From Klebsormidium nitens (Eukaryota; Plantae; Klebsormidiophyceae), in contig DF237256.1 of NCBI GenBank assembly GCA_000708835.1, positions 2,738 to 66,737 on the forward strand: a stretch of 64,000 nucleotides of DNA, in the 5' to 3' direction. Below are positions 36,601-50,100 of this stretch, piece after piece. The position numbers were made by a program, and so were the translations under genes. The notes below the pieces were generated by a model. The model had not been told where the DNA came from and did not search any database. It saw only the letters and a program-made list of their open reading frames with translations. Each line of letters begins with the position of its first letter. Position 1 is the stretch's first letter.

Positions 36601-39600
36601 CACTTCGTCCCAGAGTCGGTCCACCCGGTGCAGGTTGTGCATCACCGTGTCGACCATCCGGTCCACCGCAAACATTCTCGGGAGGCCCTGGGGCGCCCCC
36701 CCGGCCCCCGGACCCCGCTCCTGGTTGCTCCCGCTAGCCGCCATGCCCAGCCCGGAGGAAATCCCCGACACCGCACCTTTTGAGACCTGGCGCAGGGCCC
36801 CGATTAGCGCGCGCACTGCCGTGTCGCTCATGTGCGCCGTGCTCTCGAACAGCTGCGAGTCGAGGCTCGACAGGATCGAGAAGTCGCTCAAACCCCCGGA
36901 GGTCCCCAGCTTGGGGACACTCACCGAAACTTCTTGCGTGGTGGCATGAGGTGCGTGTAGGGTGCGGTCCAAACAGGCCAGCGTTTCGAGAACGAGCACC
37001 CAAGCGGGGCCTAGCACGTCGGCCAATCGGTGCGAGACATTGAACAATGTGCGCAGTGCCTGGACATTCTTCGGCGTCAGAACGATTCCGTCCTCGCCCT
37101 TGCGGCTGATGCTCTTGCCAAGGTCGACTGCCCCCTCCGGGTTGGTGTGCTGCGCCATCGTGAACTTGCACAGCGACGCCAGGAACGCGTCCCGCGGCTC
37201 CACGGCCCGCAGCAGCCCGCACGCCTGCGTGAACGCCTGGTACCCCCGCAGGATCTCCAGGATCGTTGACTCGTTGGTGCTCTTCGCCAGCACCAGGGAC
37301 AGCGCCTCTAGCAGCGTCTTCCATACCGAGTCGACCATCCGCCGGCACATGTCCCCGAGGCCCTGCCCGCTGCCGACCGCGGCCTCGTCGCCCTCCCCCT
37401 TGCCTGCTGACGTCACCACAATCCCCGCCATCGCGAGGGCTCGGTGCTCGACGCTCGCACTGTCGCCCTCTTCCGGCAGCTCGATGTCCGGTTTCTGGCA
37501 GCTCGGAGATTCTAACTCGCCCTCCTCCACGGCTTCGTCTGCCAGTGTGGATATCGTCAGGACCGCCCCAAGGAGACTCTCGATGGCGAGTGTGATCGCC
37601 TGGGCCTCGTTCACCGCAGCAACAAGAGGGTTCCCGCTGGTGTCGACTTCGATGACCCACTCGACCCCCTTGGCTCGGCTGGTGAACATGCTGGCAACGG
37701 CCAGCATCACCTCTTCGTTCAGGTCGGGGAACTGGATGATGCTCACGACGCGCGCCAGCGTGGCGACCATGTCGTGGACGACGTTCGTGTTGTGCGGGCG
37801 CATGTCGAAGATCTCGAAGATGGTGCGCAGCACGCGCGCCTCGGTGCAGAACCCGCGCAGCACGTCGAGGACGTAGATGCGGTGCCAGAGCGCCTGCTCC
37901 AGCTCCATGCTCTTGATGAGCATCTGGAGGAACACCTCGCACTCGGTCGTGATGATCGTCGCATAGAAGCGCGTCACCGTCGAGACGCACCGTAGGAGCA
38001 TCCGGCGCACGGGCGGCTCCCCAACGTCGCCCTCCAGCTCCCCCGTTGCTCGTAGTGACGTTATCAGGAGCGAGCAGGCCTTTTGGCGGAGGACGTTGGA
38101 GTAGGCGGGGAGGAGCATGAAGATCGCAACGTAGTGGGAGAGGACGTACTCGAGCATGTCGAGCGCAAAGACGCGGGAGAGGGAAGGGACATTGAGCCAG
38201 CAGGCGGGGCTGCCGTGAGCAAGCGCGATGATGTCTTCCAGAAGCTTCAGGCCAAGACGGCCTGGCTGGGACAGCTCTTTGAGCGCAGCCTTGAGGTCGT
38301 CCGGATGCGAGATGCGCCTGCAAAAGATTCCTCGGGGTTAAAAATGAGGAGAAGTCGATCATGCGAAGGCCAAGCTTCCAGTACATTTTTCCATCTGCTT
38401 CATAAATCAAATCAGGTCAGACCGTCCATCGGTTAAGACAGTTGGTCCTTGAGATGGATGGCCCCACAAATTTTATAGAGGAAGGAAAGAGACACGACTT
38501 GTAGGTCGCTCATTGCAAGCCGCCAAGATCTGAAGGGCCATCCATTGTAAATGATCAGAGAACGCCTGCAGACGGTCAGTGACAAGCTCACTTTGAGGAG
38601 GGTGTAGAAAGGCTGTACTCTTTCTGAAGCCCTTGTCCACCCTGCACACTGACGGTGCTTCCAGGGATGATTGTTCCAGACACTCTGCGAGTACCCCCTC
38701 GCTGGCTGCCAGTGCTTGGCAGCCCCTCAGCTGCCACCACTCGGTCGAACGTGAGCGCCACTGCCTGTCTTAGGGTCGCAGCCGCCGTTCTGCATATGTC
38801 AGAAAGTATATCAGGAAAAAGCACATCTGGAATTTCGTGGACATCTGCTCAGATCGACCATTTTACGGTTCAATGCTTCCCAGTTCAAAAGCTCCACAAG
38901 CTCAACTTCATGCCCCTGACGGATTGTGGAAGCCTTTTCTCGTAGATTGGGGCTGTATGATGAGGTGGAAAGGCAGGACAAGACAACCCCATGGCGGTCT
39001 CCTTGCACTAAAAAGGAGGGTAAGCTCCCTGGCATCCGGCGTACAAAGGAGGCACTCACCCTCTCACGCTGTCCACACTTCTTGGATTCCCAAGCAACCG
39101 GAAGCAGATACCCAACACAATGGAAACATCGTTCTGCAGACGAAAGAATTGAAGAACATGTCAATCAGGCAATTAAGACCTTACCCCAACCATGCTGAAA
39201 GCGCACTGTCAAATGAACTGAATTTACAATCAAGCACTCACTGCAGATTCGAAATCCAACCAGATAGCAGTGGCCTCTTCCAGAACATCCTATCCCAGCA
39301 GCCTGGACTCTCTGCTCACCTCTTTTTCTGGGTGCACGGTTGACTGCAGTAGGGTCAGTATGAGCTGGAGTGTCTTCAGCTGTACACTCTCATCCAGCAA
39401 CTCTGAATTCTGCACACCCAGTTCACTTGAAAGTCAGTCACCACCATAAGATGCACGTGACACAGTATGCATAAACGAGGGCTGTGTTGAAAGCTATTCC
39501 TCCGAGTGCGGATGGCCATCTCAGACTGGCAACTGTCAGCAATTTGTTTCATGTTGCAGCTAGTGAAATTGATTACATACATGGACGTTGTGTAGAGCCG

Positions 39601-40114
39601 CTAGTCGCCGCCATGATTGCTGAAACTGAATCCAGCTGTGTTGTTTGCCTTACCTGCTCTAGTGTAGCCAGGATCTGTGGCAGTGACGTGACAGGTATGG
39701 CATCATGGGCCGTCAGCTTTTGAAGACAGGAGAGTCCAATCGCGCATATCTTCACATTTTTGGTCTCGCAGGCCAGCAGGAAGGTCTTGATGACCTCATC
39801 ATTTTGAGCAATTGCTGCAGCGTCGGGGGTAGCTCGGAGCTGCAATCAAGAGAAAAAGTGCTTTTGCACATTAAAACTGGTGTGTCTAAGAGTGCTCCTC
39901 CAAGATGTGCATTTGGATCTGTTGTTCAGGCTGACGCAAGGGGCATGCAGGATGGCTGCACGACCATATCTAAGCGTACCAGGAAGGCTCTGCAGTCCGC
40001 TCTTACCTTGAGGATTCCCCTTTCTGCGGCGTCCTTGAGGGAAGGATACTTTCGACGTGCTTCAGTAGAGAGACTTCTCATCTCATTCTCCAAAACTGTG
40101 ATGAAGGTCGCCAT
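30679..40114 (-). CDS. MON2: Protein MON2 homolog (Sec7/ARF-GEF-like Golgi-endosome scaffold)
   Basis: N-terminus MATFITVLENEMRSLSTEARRKYPSLKDAAERGILK / FLLACETKNVKICAIGLSCLQKL. Internal AVEPRDAFLASLCK, LTPKNVQALRTLFNVSHRL, DLNISLTAVTLLWTTAD, DDRPEVRNSGIRTLF. C-terminus RAHLLLLYTPLCEMVISR/EPRVRELV...LGL*, with stop at 30679-30681. Confidence 0.95.
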
Positions 40115-41162
40115 GACTTTCCTAGAGAGACCTTCACAATTCTGCACGCAATTGCATTCTATGGTTTAAGGTCAGCAGAGAAGAAACTTGCTGCCAATCA
40201 ATGCATTGAACCTTCTGATCTGACAACTTCGCTTTCATCCCCTCTTGAGGTTGTTAGTTGTGCCACCTGAAGCTGCCAGATGCACGGATTCCTGCTGATC
40301 AGCATCATGACCCAAAAACTATGCCACTGCATAAGCTGGACGATCAGCTTCTCCTTCTAGGTACTTGTGTCTGCCAAACAGGAACGTTTTCCACATGGCA
40401 GCTTGCATTGATCGGCGTGCCAGAATGGGTGTGGCTGGCAGTGGAGAGCTGCTCAGCCCGGCCTCCGACTCTGAGCTGATGCAGTAATGGTCGATTCCAG
40501 CTGCATGGCGAGAAACTTTCATGCAGAAGACGTTTGACTACTTGGTCCGATGACATACGGGACCACTTGCACGGCCCTCATACTGCACGAGGACGACCCC
40601 TTTTTGAATTATCTACCACTTATCTTGTTTTATGCAGCGACCAAGGAGACACGCTCAAGTCACAAAAATTCGCTGGTAATCACCGGCCCGGTTGCAAGCA
40701 GGAACTGCTATTATTTCGGAGACGTCAAACTCCCATCTCGCGCGAGCAGATTTTGAAGAATCAGCTTGATTTTGTAGGACTTTTACATATGTTGAGAAAA
40801 GTTCAAAACTTCAGAAGAGATGCCATTGCACGAGCGAGCACTTGGGCGAGGGGGCAGCTCGATGTCGCGTCCCTCATGGTGTTCCACTGCCATTTGAAAG
40901 CTAGTTGCTATTAGCGCTTGGCCTGTGGTGCTGTACCAAAGAGGATCATAGTGTTTGGCTCAAATTTTCAAGGACAACTTGTCTTCCTACTCGCACCAAA
41001 GACGGGCATTACTCGACCTTTTTCCTGGAAATCAGGGACCCTCTGAGCAGGATTTGATTGCTGTGTTTCTAAGCCTGCTTCTGAAGAGCATGCTGGATTG
41101 TCTCTGATGATTTAGTGGCTTTAAGTCACTCAATTGCTGAGGCAGAGGACTCCACAACTGGG

Positions 41163-44100
41163 ATGGAGTGGCTTACCACGCGCCAACTCCGCCTCCAGTC
41201 GGTAGGAGATGGATCCGAGCAGGCCCAGGCCGCTGCATTTCATCCAACGCAAGCAATCCTTGCCGTGGCGGTTGGAAGGCACATCGTCGAGTTTGATGCC
41301 CTCACCGGGTGCAAGCTGTCTAGCGTGGACATTGGGGGGAGTGTTGTGAAGCTGGCCTACAGTCCTGCGGGGGGGCACGTTCTTCTTGCGGTCCTTCAAG
41401 TGAGATTCTAAGCATTCTTTGTGTCACCCCTGATTGTATGTGAATCATCCTGGTCGAGGCTTTTGCCCCCAGCCGCTAGGTACTGCGCACCGAATGCCCG
41501 CTCCTATTTCAGATAACTTGTGATTCCAGTTGGATTTGTTTCTGTCATGGTTCTTGCGCCCTGAGTAATCCTGATGGGGCCAGTGCCAGAACATTGCCCA
41601 CATCTTCTTACACCTGACGGTGGCGAGTCCATTTGACAATGAATCCTGACATTGAGTTTGGTGCGCCCTCCCTGAATTGGCCGGGGCTCTAGCAAAGACA
41701 CTCTGTACTTGGGCAGCTTCTCCTAACACTTTCATCTGTATCGTCCCAACTGAGAATTGTCAGCTTCTTCTGTCATCGTTGGTTTCTGATAGTAAGCGGC
41801 GGTGTCTGTTGCAGGATTGGACAATACGATCATGGGACTTGGACGCAGAGCACACCACAGTGCTCTACTCCCCCGCAAGTGCGGACCGGAAGCAGGACCG
41901 CCCAGCCTCGGGCGCCGCCGTCCAGGCGCACATTGCCCTGACACCGATGAAGCCGTGGCTCTTCTTTGCTGCACACATGCGAACAAGTGTCAATGGTGAG
42001 CTCTATTGCCCCCCTCAAAATTCGTTCACAGATGTAGTATGCAAGGAGTTAGCAGTGCAGACGATACAACTTTAACTCGTTTCTGACAAAGTGTTGTTTT
42101 TGCTGCTTAGTTGTGGGGATAAGGGACGGCGGCAAGGCGGCGCTCAAACTCAAGACGGACTACAAGAAAGCAGTCACACAGCTGGCATGCCACCCTCGGG
42201 CCCCCCTCCTGTTCATAGCTTACAATGATGCGTGCATTCGAGCGCACGAGTTCCAGACCTTTGGGGTTCGATTCACCATCCAAGGTAAGTGTTCCTCTGC
42301 CTGCTATTGACCTTGTTAGCCTCGTTTTTGGTTGCAGAGGCTGGTATGCAGTCAAGCTATTGGTGCATACTTGGGCCTCAATTGCATCCCTGCATACTAG
42401 GAGGCCCAGGCTATTGCCTTGGTTTGGATCCTCAATGATTCAGTGCCTTGGTTCGGATCTATGCATGCTTTAGGAGCCTGAAATCTGGTGTTGTCCGGCA
42501 GACCCTTCCCTGAAGCTCGCGGGAGCGGGCGCCATCACCTTCCACTCCACTCTGGACATCATGTTTGTTGGGGACCGCGGCGGGATGTTACTGGCCTGGG
42601 ACATCCGTGTGCAGCCGCTACTGATTGGCAGGTAGGTTGCCAAGCAGGCGTTTCTATTGCTGACTGGGAGAAAGACTTTGTGGATTGGACCCATCATGAT
42701 TTCACAAAACGAAGAGTCATTTGAGACTTGTGGCAAGGGGCCTGTCTTAACCCACAGAGAGCAGATCCAACTCTTTCCTGCACTCAAGAGCTGTGTAGTC
42801 TGACGCAAGAGTCGTCCAACCGAGTCGTCACAACTCCTGCTCAACAAGTGCCGCTTGTTCGTCCAGTGTGCAAGTCGGGAGTGGAGATGACGGCACAATC
42901 GTCTCTGTCGCGTACCACCCCCTCCTCCAACTGGTCATCAGCCTGACCAAGGACGGCAAGGTCCAGGTGTGGCGGATCAGGAGCACCAACAACCCCAACA
43001 AGCCCACCATGAAGTCCAACTTCTTTGAGCCGTCAGGTGAGTTGCTTTGTTCAAAGACCCCTTTCCGAATGGGTGGTGATATTGCCTGGGCAAAGGCATC
43101 ATCTTGCTTCGTACAGATGCCTATGCCCTTGTTTCGATAATGCGAAAAGGGCATGTTAAGATTGTCTTTCTCGACTCCGACTGGGGACTGCGCTGATGAG
43201 TGTGAACGGTGGGTTAACTCCCGACCTTTCTGTCCTCTGCCCTCACCTTCGACGTATATTCTCGACAACGCATCTCGTGAAGACGTGGCCAATGTTCACC
43301 CTTGCAGGGATGGGCCTTTTAGACGTGGCCGACATTCTGACCCAGCAAGGAGGCGTGGCCGTCTACCCTGTTCCCAAAGTCGTCCAGATCCTGGTGCATC
43401 CCCGCTTCAACACAGCCACCGCACTCTTTGACAGGTAAGAAGAACGTCAAACTTCGTCCCCAACCGAAAGGGGCTTGGATGAGTCTGCTGGTCGAATCGC
43501 CTGTCCTTCTGGCACTCACCAAGTATCGAAGGGTTGTGCCCAAGCGATCAGCAAGCTGTTTTCGTAGGATGCATTTTTACGTACGAATGTGGGTTTTGGA
43601 AGGGTTGAGCATAGTCCGCAAGACAACTTGGAGTAATTGCCAGCTTAAAGTAGGCGTAGGCCGTCTCACCGACGGCATCACCGGAGCGTGACAGCGACAG
43701 GAAACAATCAGCATACACCCTCCGATAACTTCAGCTCGGTAGTTTGTACCGTCCAATTGGAAACTGACTCGCGAGCCTTACGCCCACTTCAACAACCGAC
43801 CGGTCCCGTTTTCCACCCGCAGTGAGTCCTCCAAGGAGGCCGGTCTACGCCCGGGTAACCTCTCCCGGGCGGCCCGGAGGGAGCTGCTGGCGGCCCTGCA
43901 GGCGTCCCGGGCGGCCCCCCGGGGCAAGAAGGACGACGCGGGCGCGGTGACGCAGCAGGTGATCAAGGAGAAACTAGGGGGGGCGCTGTTCTCGGACCAC
44001 CACCAGATGCAGCTGCTGGCGCAGCAGGCGCAGCTCAAGCACGGGGCGGAGCGCGTCACGCAGACCACGGTGGCGGACTATGCGCGCAAGACGTTCCTGT

Positions 44101-47100
44101 ACGGGGTGAGGAGACGACGGGTTCCATCAGCACGTTTCGGATCGGAGTCATGACCCTCTTCTGATTCAGTGGTGTTGGCTCTGATCTTGAACACTTACTA
44201 GTGTAGGTTGCGGCATATGGTAGGTTTGGCAGCTGGGCCTTCCTAATCTTCGCAATGCACGACAGGTTGTTCACAGGTTGCTCTGAGAACTTCCCTCGTA
44301 AAGAGGAAGATCGGCCTCTTCCACTTTGGGGCGTCGACATATGTGCAATTCTAGAGCTCTGGGAGGTGGGTGACAGCTTGACGGATCTCTACATACTTTT
44401 GTCTGTGAAATTCTCGTGCAAGGCTTGTTGCCGCTAAATGTTCTCAATGGCTTTGTTTTGCAAACCGCGCGTCTGTCAACGACTGGACCCAAGGATTAGC
44501 GTGACGAATTGCAACGGCAGCAAGCACTGAAGGCACACGGTTCTAATACGAGCAGCCAAGTCATTTCTGAGCCTAGTTCTCCTCTTGCCCTATGCAGTCC
44601 GCCAAGGAGCTCCACTCGACATCGGGCCCAGTGCGCTCTCTCCCGCTCCTGTGCATCGCTGACGAGGAGCACCCGCTGCGCGATACCCCCGTCTGCTCGC
44701 CCGTCCAGCGGGACCTCCACTTCTTTGCCAACGAGCACAGGACTTCCGTCTACCCGCCACGGGCCGACTTCATGGACGGCTGCACGCTCTGTGGATTCAC
44801 GCTGGCGACGGGGGAGTACGTAACGCACAAGAAACTCGGGGCGACGGTGAGGGGCTTTCATTGAGGGATTTGAGACAGGGCTTTGCTTTCGGGATTTGCG
44901 CGTTCTAAAGAGGGTACGCTAGGCGTGTGTTGATCGGGCTGAACTTTAAGGTCACTTGACGTCAGTTTGCAACTTTTCTTCGTAGACGTTCTGCTTTTCC
45001 AATAGCAGCAATCATTTCCTGCTCTATGCGAATGGAAACATGCAGTGTGGATGGCACGTCCGGTGATTGCTTCCTCGATCACCTCAGACTTAGATGGTCG
45101 CAAGTGAGGGCCAGTCAAACGGCGGCAGTCTTTCTCAAAGCAACATTTTCTGAATGCGAACAGGAATCGGATCGCTCATTTTTGAATGCGAAAGCACGCG
45201 ACCCCGTCCAGTCACGCGCTAAACCCCATCGCCTTCCCTTCAGGCTGCCTCCGGCGCCGAGCGTTATCCCACGAGCCTCGTCTTCAGCGAGCCACAGCAG
45301 GCGTGGGCCTTCACCTTCGCGTGCCCGGGGGCTTCCTCCGAGGTCGCCCTCCTGCGCACGAGCAAATCTCCCGGCGGTGACGGCTTCATCACTCTCCCAG
45401 GACGCGACGCGACGTTCACCGGAGTCGGGGACAACCAGTTTCTCGTCCTGCACGAAGACGGGGAACAAGTCGACGTGCTGCGGCTCGGCCCAGCGGACGT
45501 GTACGTGAGCCAGAATGGAAACGGAACGGAGGAGGTCATGGCGATGCGCTTTGACACGCCCGTGTCGCGCGTGTTCCGGACGCCGATCGACTCGTCGGTT
45601 CTGTACGTCGCGCGCCGGCACATGGGGCTCGCGCGGATTCCCTCCGGGGCGGGGTACGGAATGGAACCCATTCTGCGGACGCACCGGGCGGCCGGAAAAG
45701 TGATCGACTTGAAGCCGATGGAGCAAGTCCTGAACGTGCAGTGGCAGTCGTCGGGGCTGGGCCCTGTCGCGGGGATCGTGACCACGCACCGAGTGCTGAT
45801 CGCAGACTCGAACCTGGACGTCGTGGCCAGCAGCAGTGCCCCGCTCGACAGCGGGCACCCGCCGTTCCGCACGTGCCTGTGGGTTGGCCCCGCGCTTCTA
45901 GTTTCCACCGCGACCACGGTTGCCGTTCTCGGGTGGGACGGACAGGTGCGTCCGTTCTGCACGCTGGACGGTCCGAATACCGCGCTGGTTGGGGTATTGA
46001 ATGACCGGCTCATGCTAGCGACGAGAAGCGAGGGGGGTGAGCGGGGGGTGGAGATCAAGTACCGCCTGGTGGGGCTGCTGGAGCCGCTGGTCATAGGCTA
46101 TGTGACGATGCAGAGCGTGTTCGACCAGAACCTGGAGCTGAGCGAGACGCTCTACAAGCTGACGTCAAGGTAAGGCCGCCTCAAGCTGTGGACGCTTTTG
46201 CCTTTGCCCCCCTGCTTTCCGCCTCGGTCGCTTGCTCTCTTCGCGCTTCTGATGTTTGCTCAGCATGCTCATCTGCCCATCGGACAAAGCGGTGCGGAAA
46301 CCAAAGGATAAATTGCTGTATGTCCACAGGGGCCTTTTCGTTTAATCATGTCTCTGACAACCGTTGACCTCAACTTCAAGCTCTCCACACTACCACGAGG
46401 AATACGAAGATTTCTGGAAGTCTGACCAGCTTTCTTTCTCCAGGTTCGACAATTTGCGCATTACCCCCCGCATGGTTGACGTCCTCACCGTGGGCTCCAC
46501 CGCCAGCGCCAACTTGGGCGTCGAGCTCGCGCAGGGGGGCCCCCAGTTCACACAGGAGCTGCGCTCCCGCTATGCGATGCGCGCGCGCCGTTTCGAGACG
46601 GCGCTCACCATCCTGCGCGACGACTTCCTGCGGTCCAAGGACTACCCGCGCTGCCCGCCCTCCAGCCGCCTCTTCCAGCGCTTCCGCGAGCTGGGCAAGG
46701 CGTGCGTCAAGTAAGGGGCTTCGAGCTCTTTCTGGTCGCATATCATGCTGGCAAAGTAGCCCTTAGTCATTCTGGAGGTGTGAGATCTTCCCCACCAAGT
46801 GTCTTGCATTGTTTGCTGCATGGAGTCTTCTGCTAAGAATCTGACTCGTCCTTTCGCTTAACACGCTCCTTCTTTTATTATGATACTTGACGATAGCCAT
46901 ATCAAGGTGACATGTCAGCCTTGTGCTTGGATGGTGCAAGACTTTTCTTGCATTCGCGGAATGAAGGTAGAAATCGGCTTTTTGAAGTGTACGAACAGGT
47001 GGAACGTTGCAGCAGTTGACAATGGTTGCTAAAGTGAACCCGCTTTCGACTTGTATATGCTCCTACTGGGGCTCGCTCCACGTCACAATCACGCATATAC

Positions 47101-50100
47101 CTCCGATCGTTCAGTCATCTTCCTGGCAAGCACAACCAAACTCGCCATCCATCTCCTCCCCCCAGGTACGGCCAGTTTGACCGCGCCAAGGAGACGTACG
47201 AAGTGGCCGGCGACTACGAGAGCCTGTTCGATTTGTTCATAACCCACATGAACCCGAGCGCGCTACGCCGACTCGCCCAGAAGCTGGAGGAGACGAAAGC
47301 GGACCCGGAGTTGCTGCGCCAGACGCAGCAGCTGCTCCTGCTGCGGTCCGCGGGGTGGGGCACCGGGGGCACGTTCACACAGCTCAGCGGGGACAGCATG
47401 GCGCCCAAGGGGCCCGAGTGGGGCGGGGGAAACTGGGAGATCAAGGTGAGGGGGAGGGGGCTCGGATTTGTAGCCAGGGGTTGGGTCGTTGGGTCGCAAT
47501 TTTTCAGAAGCAATTAAGGTGAACAGTATACTTTCAGGTTGAACCAGAAATCTAAGGTTGCTAAGGTTGATGTGTTCCGCACCCTGACTCCTGGTTAGCC
47601 ACACCCCCTCCCAAATACTGTTCACTGGGGGCTTACGTTTCACTCGGCTTTGCTGCTTAAAAGCAAATGACGCCCGAGTTGGGTATGGCAGAGTTGGAAC
47701 CAACGTACCGTCACCGCGACCCCACAGAGCTTTCTCATGAGGCTTTCTCAGAAAGTTTTGAATCCATCGGGACTTATCGTAAATGCTTGTGCCAGCCCCA
47801 TGCTCACGCACTTTCCCCCCCGCTGCCTGCAGGTGACCCCCCAGGAGGACAAGGTCCCCGACTGGGAGCTCGCCTCCGAGGTCACCGCCTTCATGCAGGA
47901 CACCGCCGGGGCCCCCATCCCCAACATCGTGCCCGACTCCCTGGGCGTCTACTTGGGCACCGAGCGTGGGCGGGGGGTCGCCCCACCTACCGGCGAACGG
48001 TTCGCGGCCGCCGCCGCGGCCGCCGCCTCTGTCCACGTGGGAGCCCCGCTGGCTATCGGGAGCGACGGAGCGCCGCTCGGGTTTGGGGACGAGCTCGAAG
48101 GGCCGGCGTTTGGGAAGGTGGCGAGCCTCTCGAGGATGTCGGAGGACGGCGTGTCGCCGTCGTCTACGCCCAGCAGGGGGACCAGCCAGAGGGGGACCCC
48201 TCCGCGCAGCTTCAAGAGGTGAGCGCTTTTGTGGATTGCGGGGTGCGGACTGTGTATTTGGCAATTGACGTCGTGGGACCGGATTGGACTTTGTAGATGT
48301 GTTTGAGGCTGAACCTTCGCTTTTTTAAGTGTCAGTTTTGCAATGGGCTCGGGGGGGAGGCAGGAGCAGAGCAGCGTGTCGTAGGAAAGCTCTTCCGAAG
48401 ACAGGCTCTGTAGTCGTTGCCGCATGTTCTCAAACCATGTTCGCAGTTGAGACTTCATCCTTCACTGTGACGATTGTTTGAAGACCTCTTTTTAGGCACT
48501 TGAGAGGTTACAAGCGGAATCACGCAGGTACAGGCCAAATGAAGCATTCGAGAGATTGGCCAAAGAAACACCCAACAAGCCTTGTAAGAAGAGCGGTGAC
48601 TATAACTACAGGCGCGCAATGTGCAGGCCCAGCACTAGCGAGGACGAGACCGAGGAGCAGGCGCGCGCGGCGGAGGCCTTCCGCAAGGGCTTCGCGCCGC
48701 AGGACGAAGATTCCGACTCCGACGACGACGCGGGCGCGATGCGGCCCAAGCGGCTGCAGATCCGGATCAAGGCGCGCGACGCGAGCGCGCCAAGTGTCAA
48801 GGACTCAATCGACGTGGACAAGCTCAAGGAGGCCACCAAAGCGTTCAAGCTGGGCGACCCGACGTCGGGCCCTCTCGCGCTGCCGCCGCGCCCGGGAACC
48901 GGCAGCCGGCAGTCTGCGTCGTCGAAACTCGCGCCACCACAGGGCCTCCCGGCGCCGCAGCCGATGCCCTTCCCGGCACAGCTCTTCTCTCAGCAGCCGG
49001 ATCAACAACCCCCGCCCGCGACGGCTACCGGCCCGTTCCCACCCGGCAGTGTGAATGCGCCCCCTCCGCAAGCCGGCCCAGGGCTCTTCGGGCAGCTGCT
49101 TCCATTCGTCCCACAGAACACGTCGCTCCAACTGCCCAACGCTCCGCAGCAGCCGAGCGCGCCGCAAAATGGGGGGCCGCAGGACTTCACGTTCCCAGAC
49201 ATGGGAGTGCCCCCCCAGGCCGTCGCCGTGCCGGGGCTGTTCCCGCAAGCTGCGCCGTCACCAGCGCAGCCTCCGCTGGCGCTGCCAGGCCCAGGGGCAG
49301 CGCTCGCTCTGCGAGACGACGGAGTCCCGCCTCAGGTAATTTGGCTGGATGTTTCGTGCTACTACTCTTTAGCTTTCCTTCTTGTTGTAGAACAAGGACC
49401 CTGTGGTGAAATGGCTTTCATCGGAGGCGATGGCAGGCTCCAATGTGTTGATTTTGAGATGCTCCACCTGCCTGTGAGCGCCACTCAACTTCTGTTCTTT
49501 CGCAACCATCAGCGAGAATGTTATGCGTTGGTTACCTTTACCGTGAACTCAGTCACGCCCTTCCTGTCTTGTAACAAGGTCCTCCACTACATGTTGCACA
49601 CCTGTAAAGCTCGCCACTCACAAGAACCCATCTGCGAGCTCCTCCCTTCGAAACACTATCAACATTCCAAAGCCACCACCGTTTTCTGACCCGTTGCCCC
49701 CCTTTATCCTCCTCAGGGCCCCCCTTCGACCGGCCCCATCCCCGACCTCGGCCTCTTCAGCGGCCCTGCCAGTTTCGCCGGGACGTCCCGCGGCGGATCT
49801 GCGCCCAGCAGCGTCGGCCCTCTTAGTTCTTCTGGTTTCCTGGATCTGGACGGTCTCCCTGGGTCCGGTGCTCCCACCAGTACGGGACCCCCACCCAAGA
49901 GCTGGGACGCCACCGCGGGCGGGCCGCTCAGCGTGGGGGCGGAGAAGGTGCCCCCCGCTCCAATCAGTGCCAAGCCGGGCGAGGTGAGAGTTTGTTCCTT
50001 TCCTTAGGGTAACAGCGTGGTTTTGAAGTGAGAGCAGTAACTGATTTGAGTCTTTCCATGCCTCTCATGTTTCCACCTTCATTGATTTGAAAGGGGCAGA

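Noticed and set aside
32340-38410. Long plus-strand and alternative-frame ORFs (e.g. 35498-36949, 36734-38410, 36962-37876)
   Set aside because: Shadows of GC-rich MON2 exons with Arg/Ala/Pro-rich composition and no family motifs.
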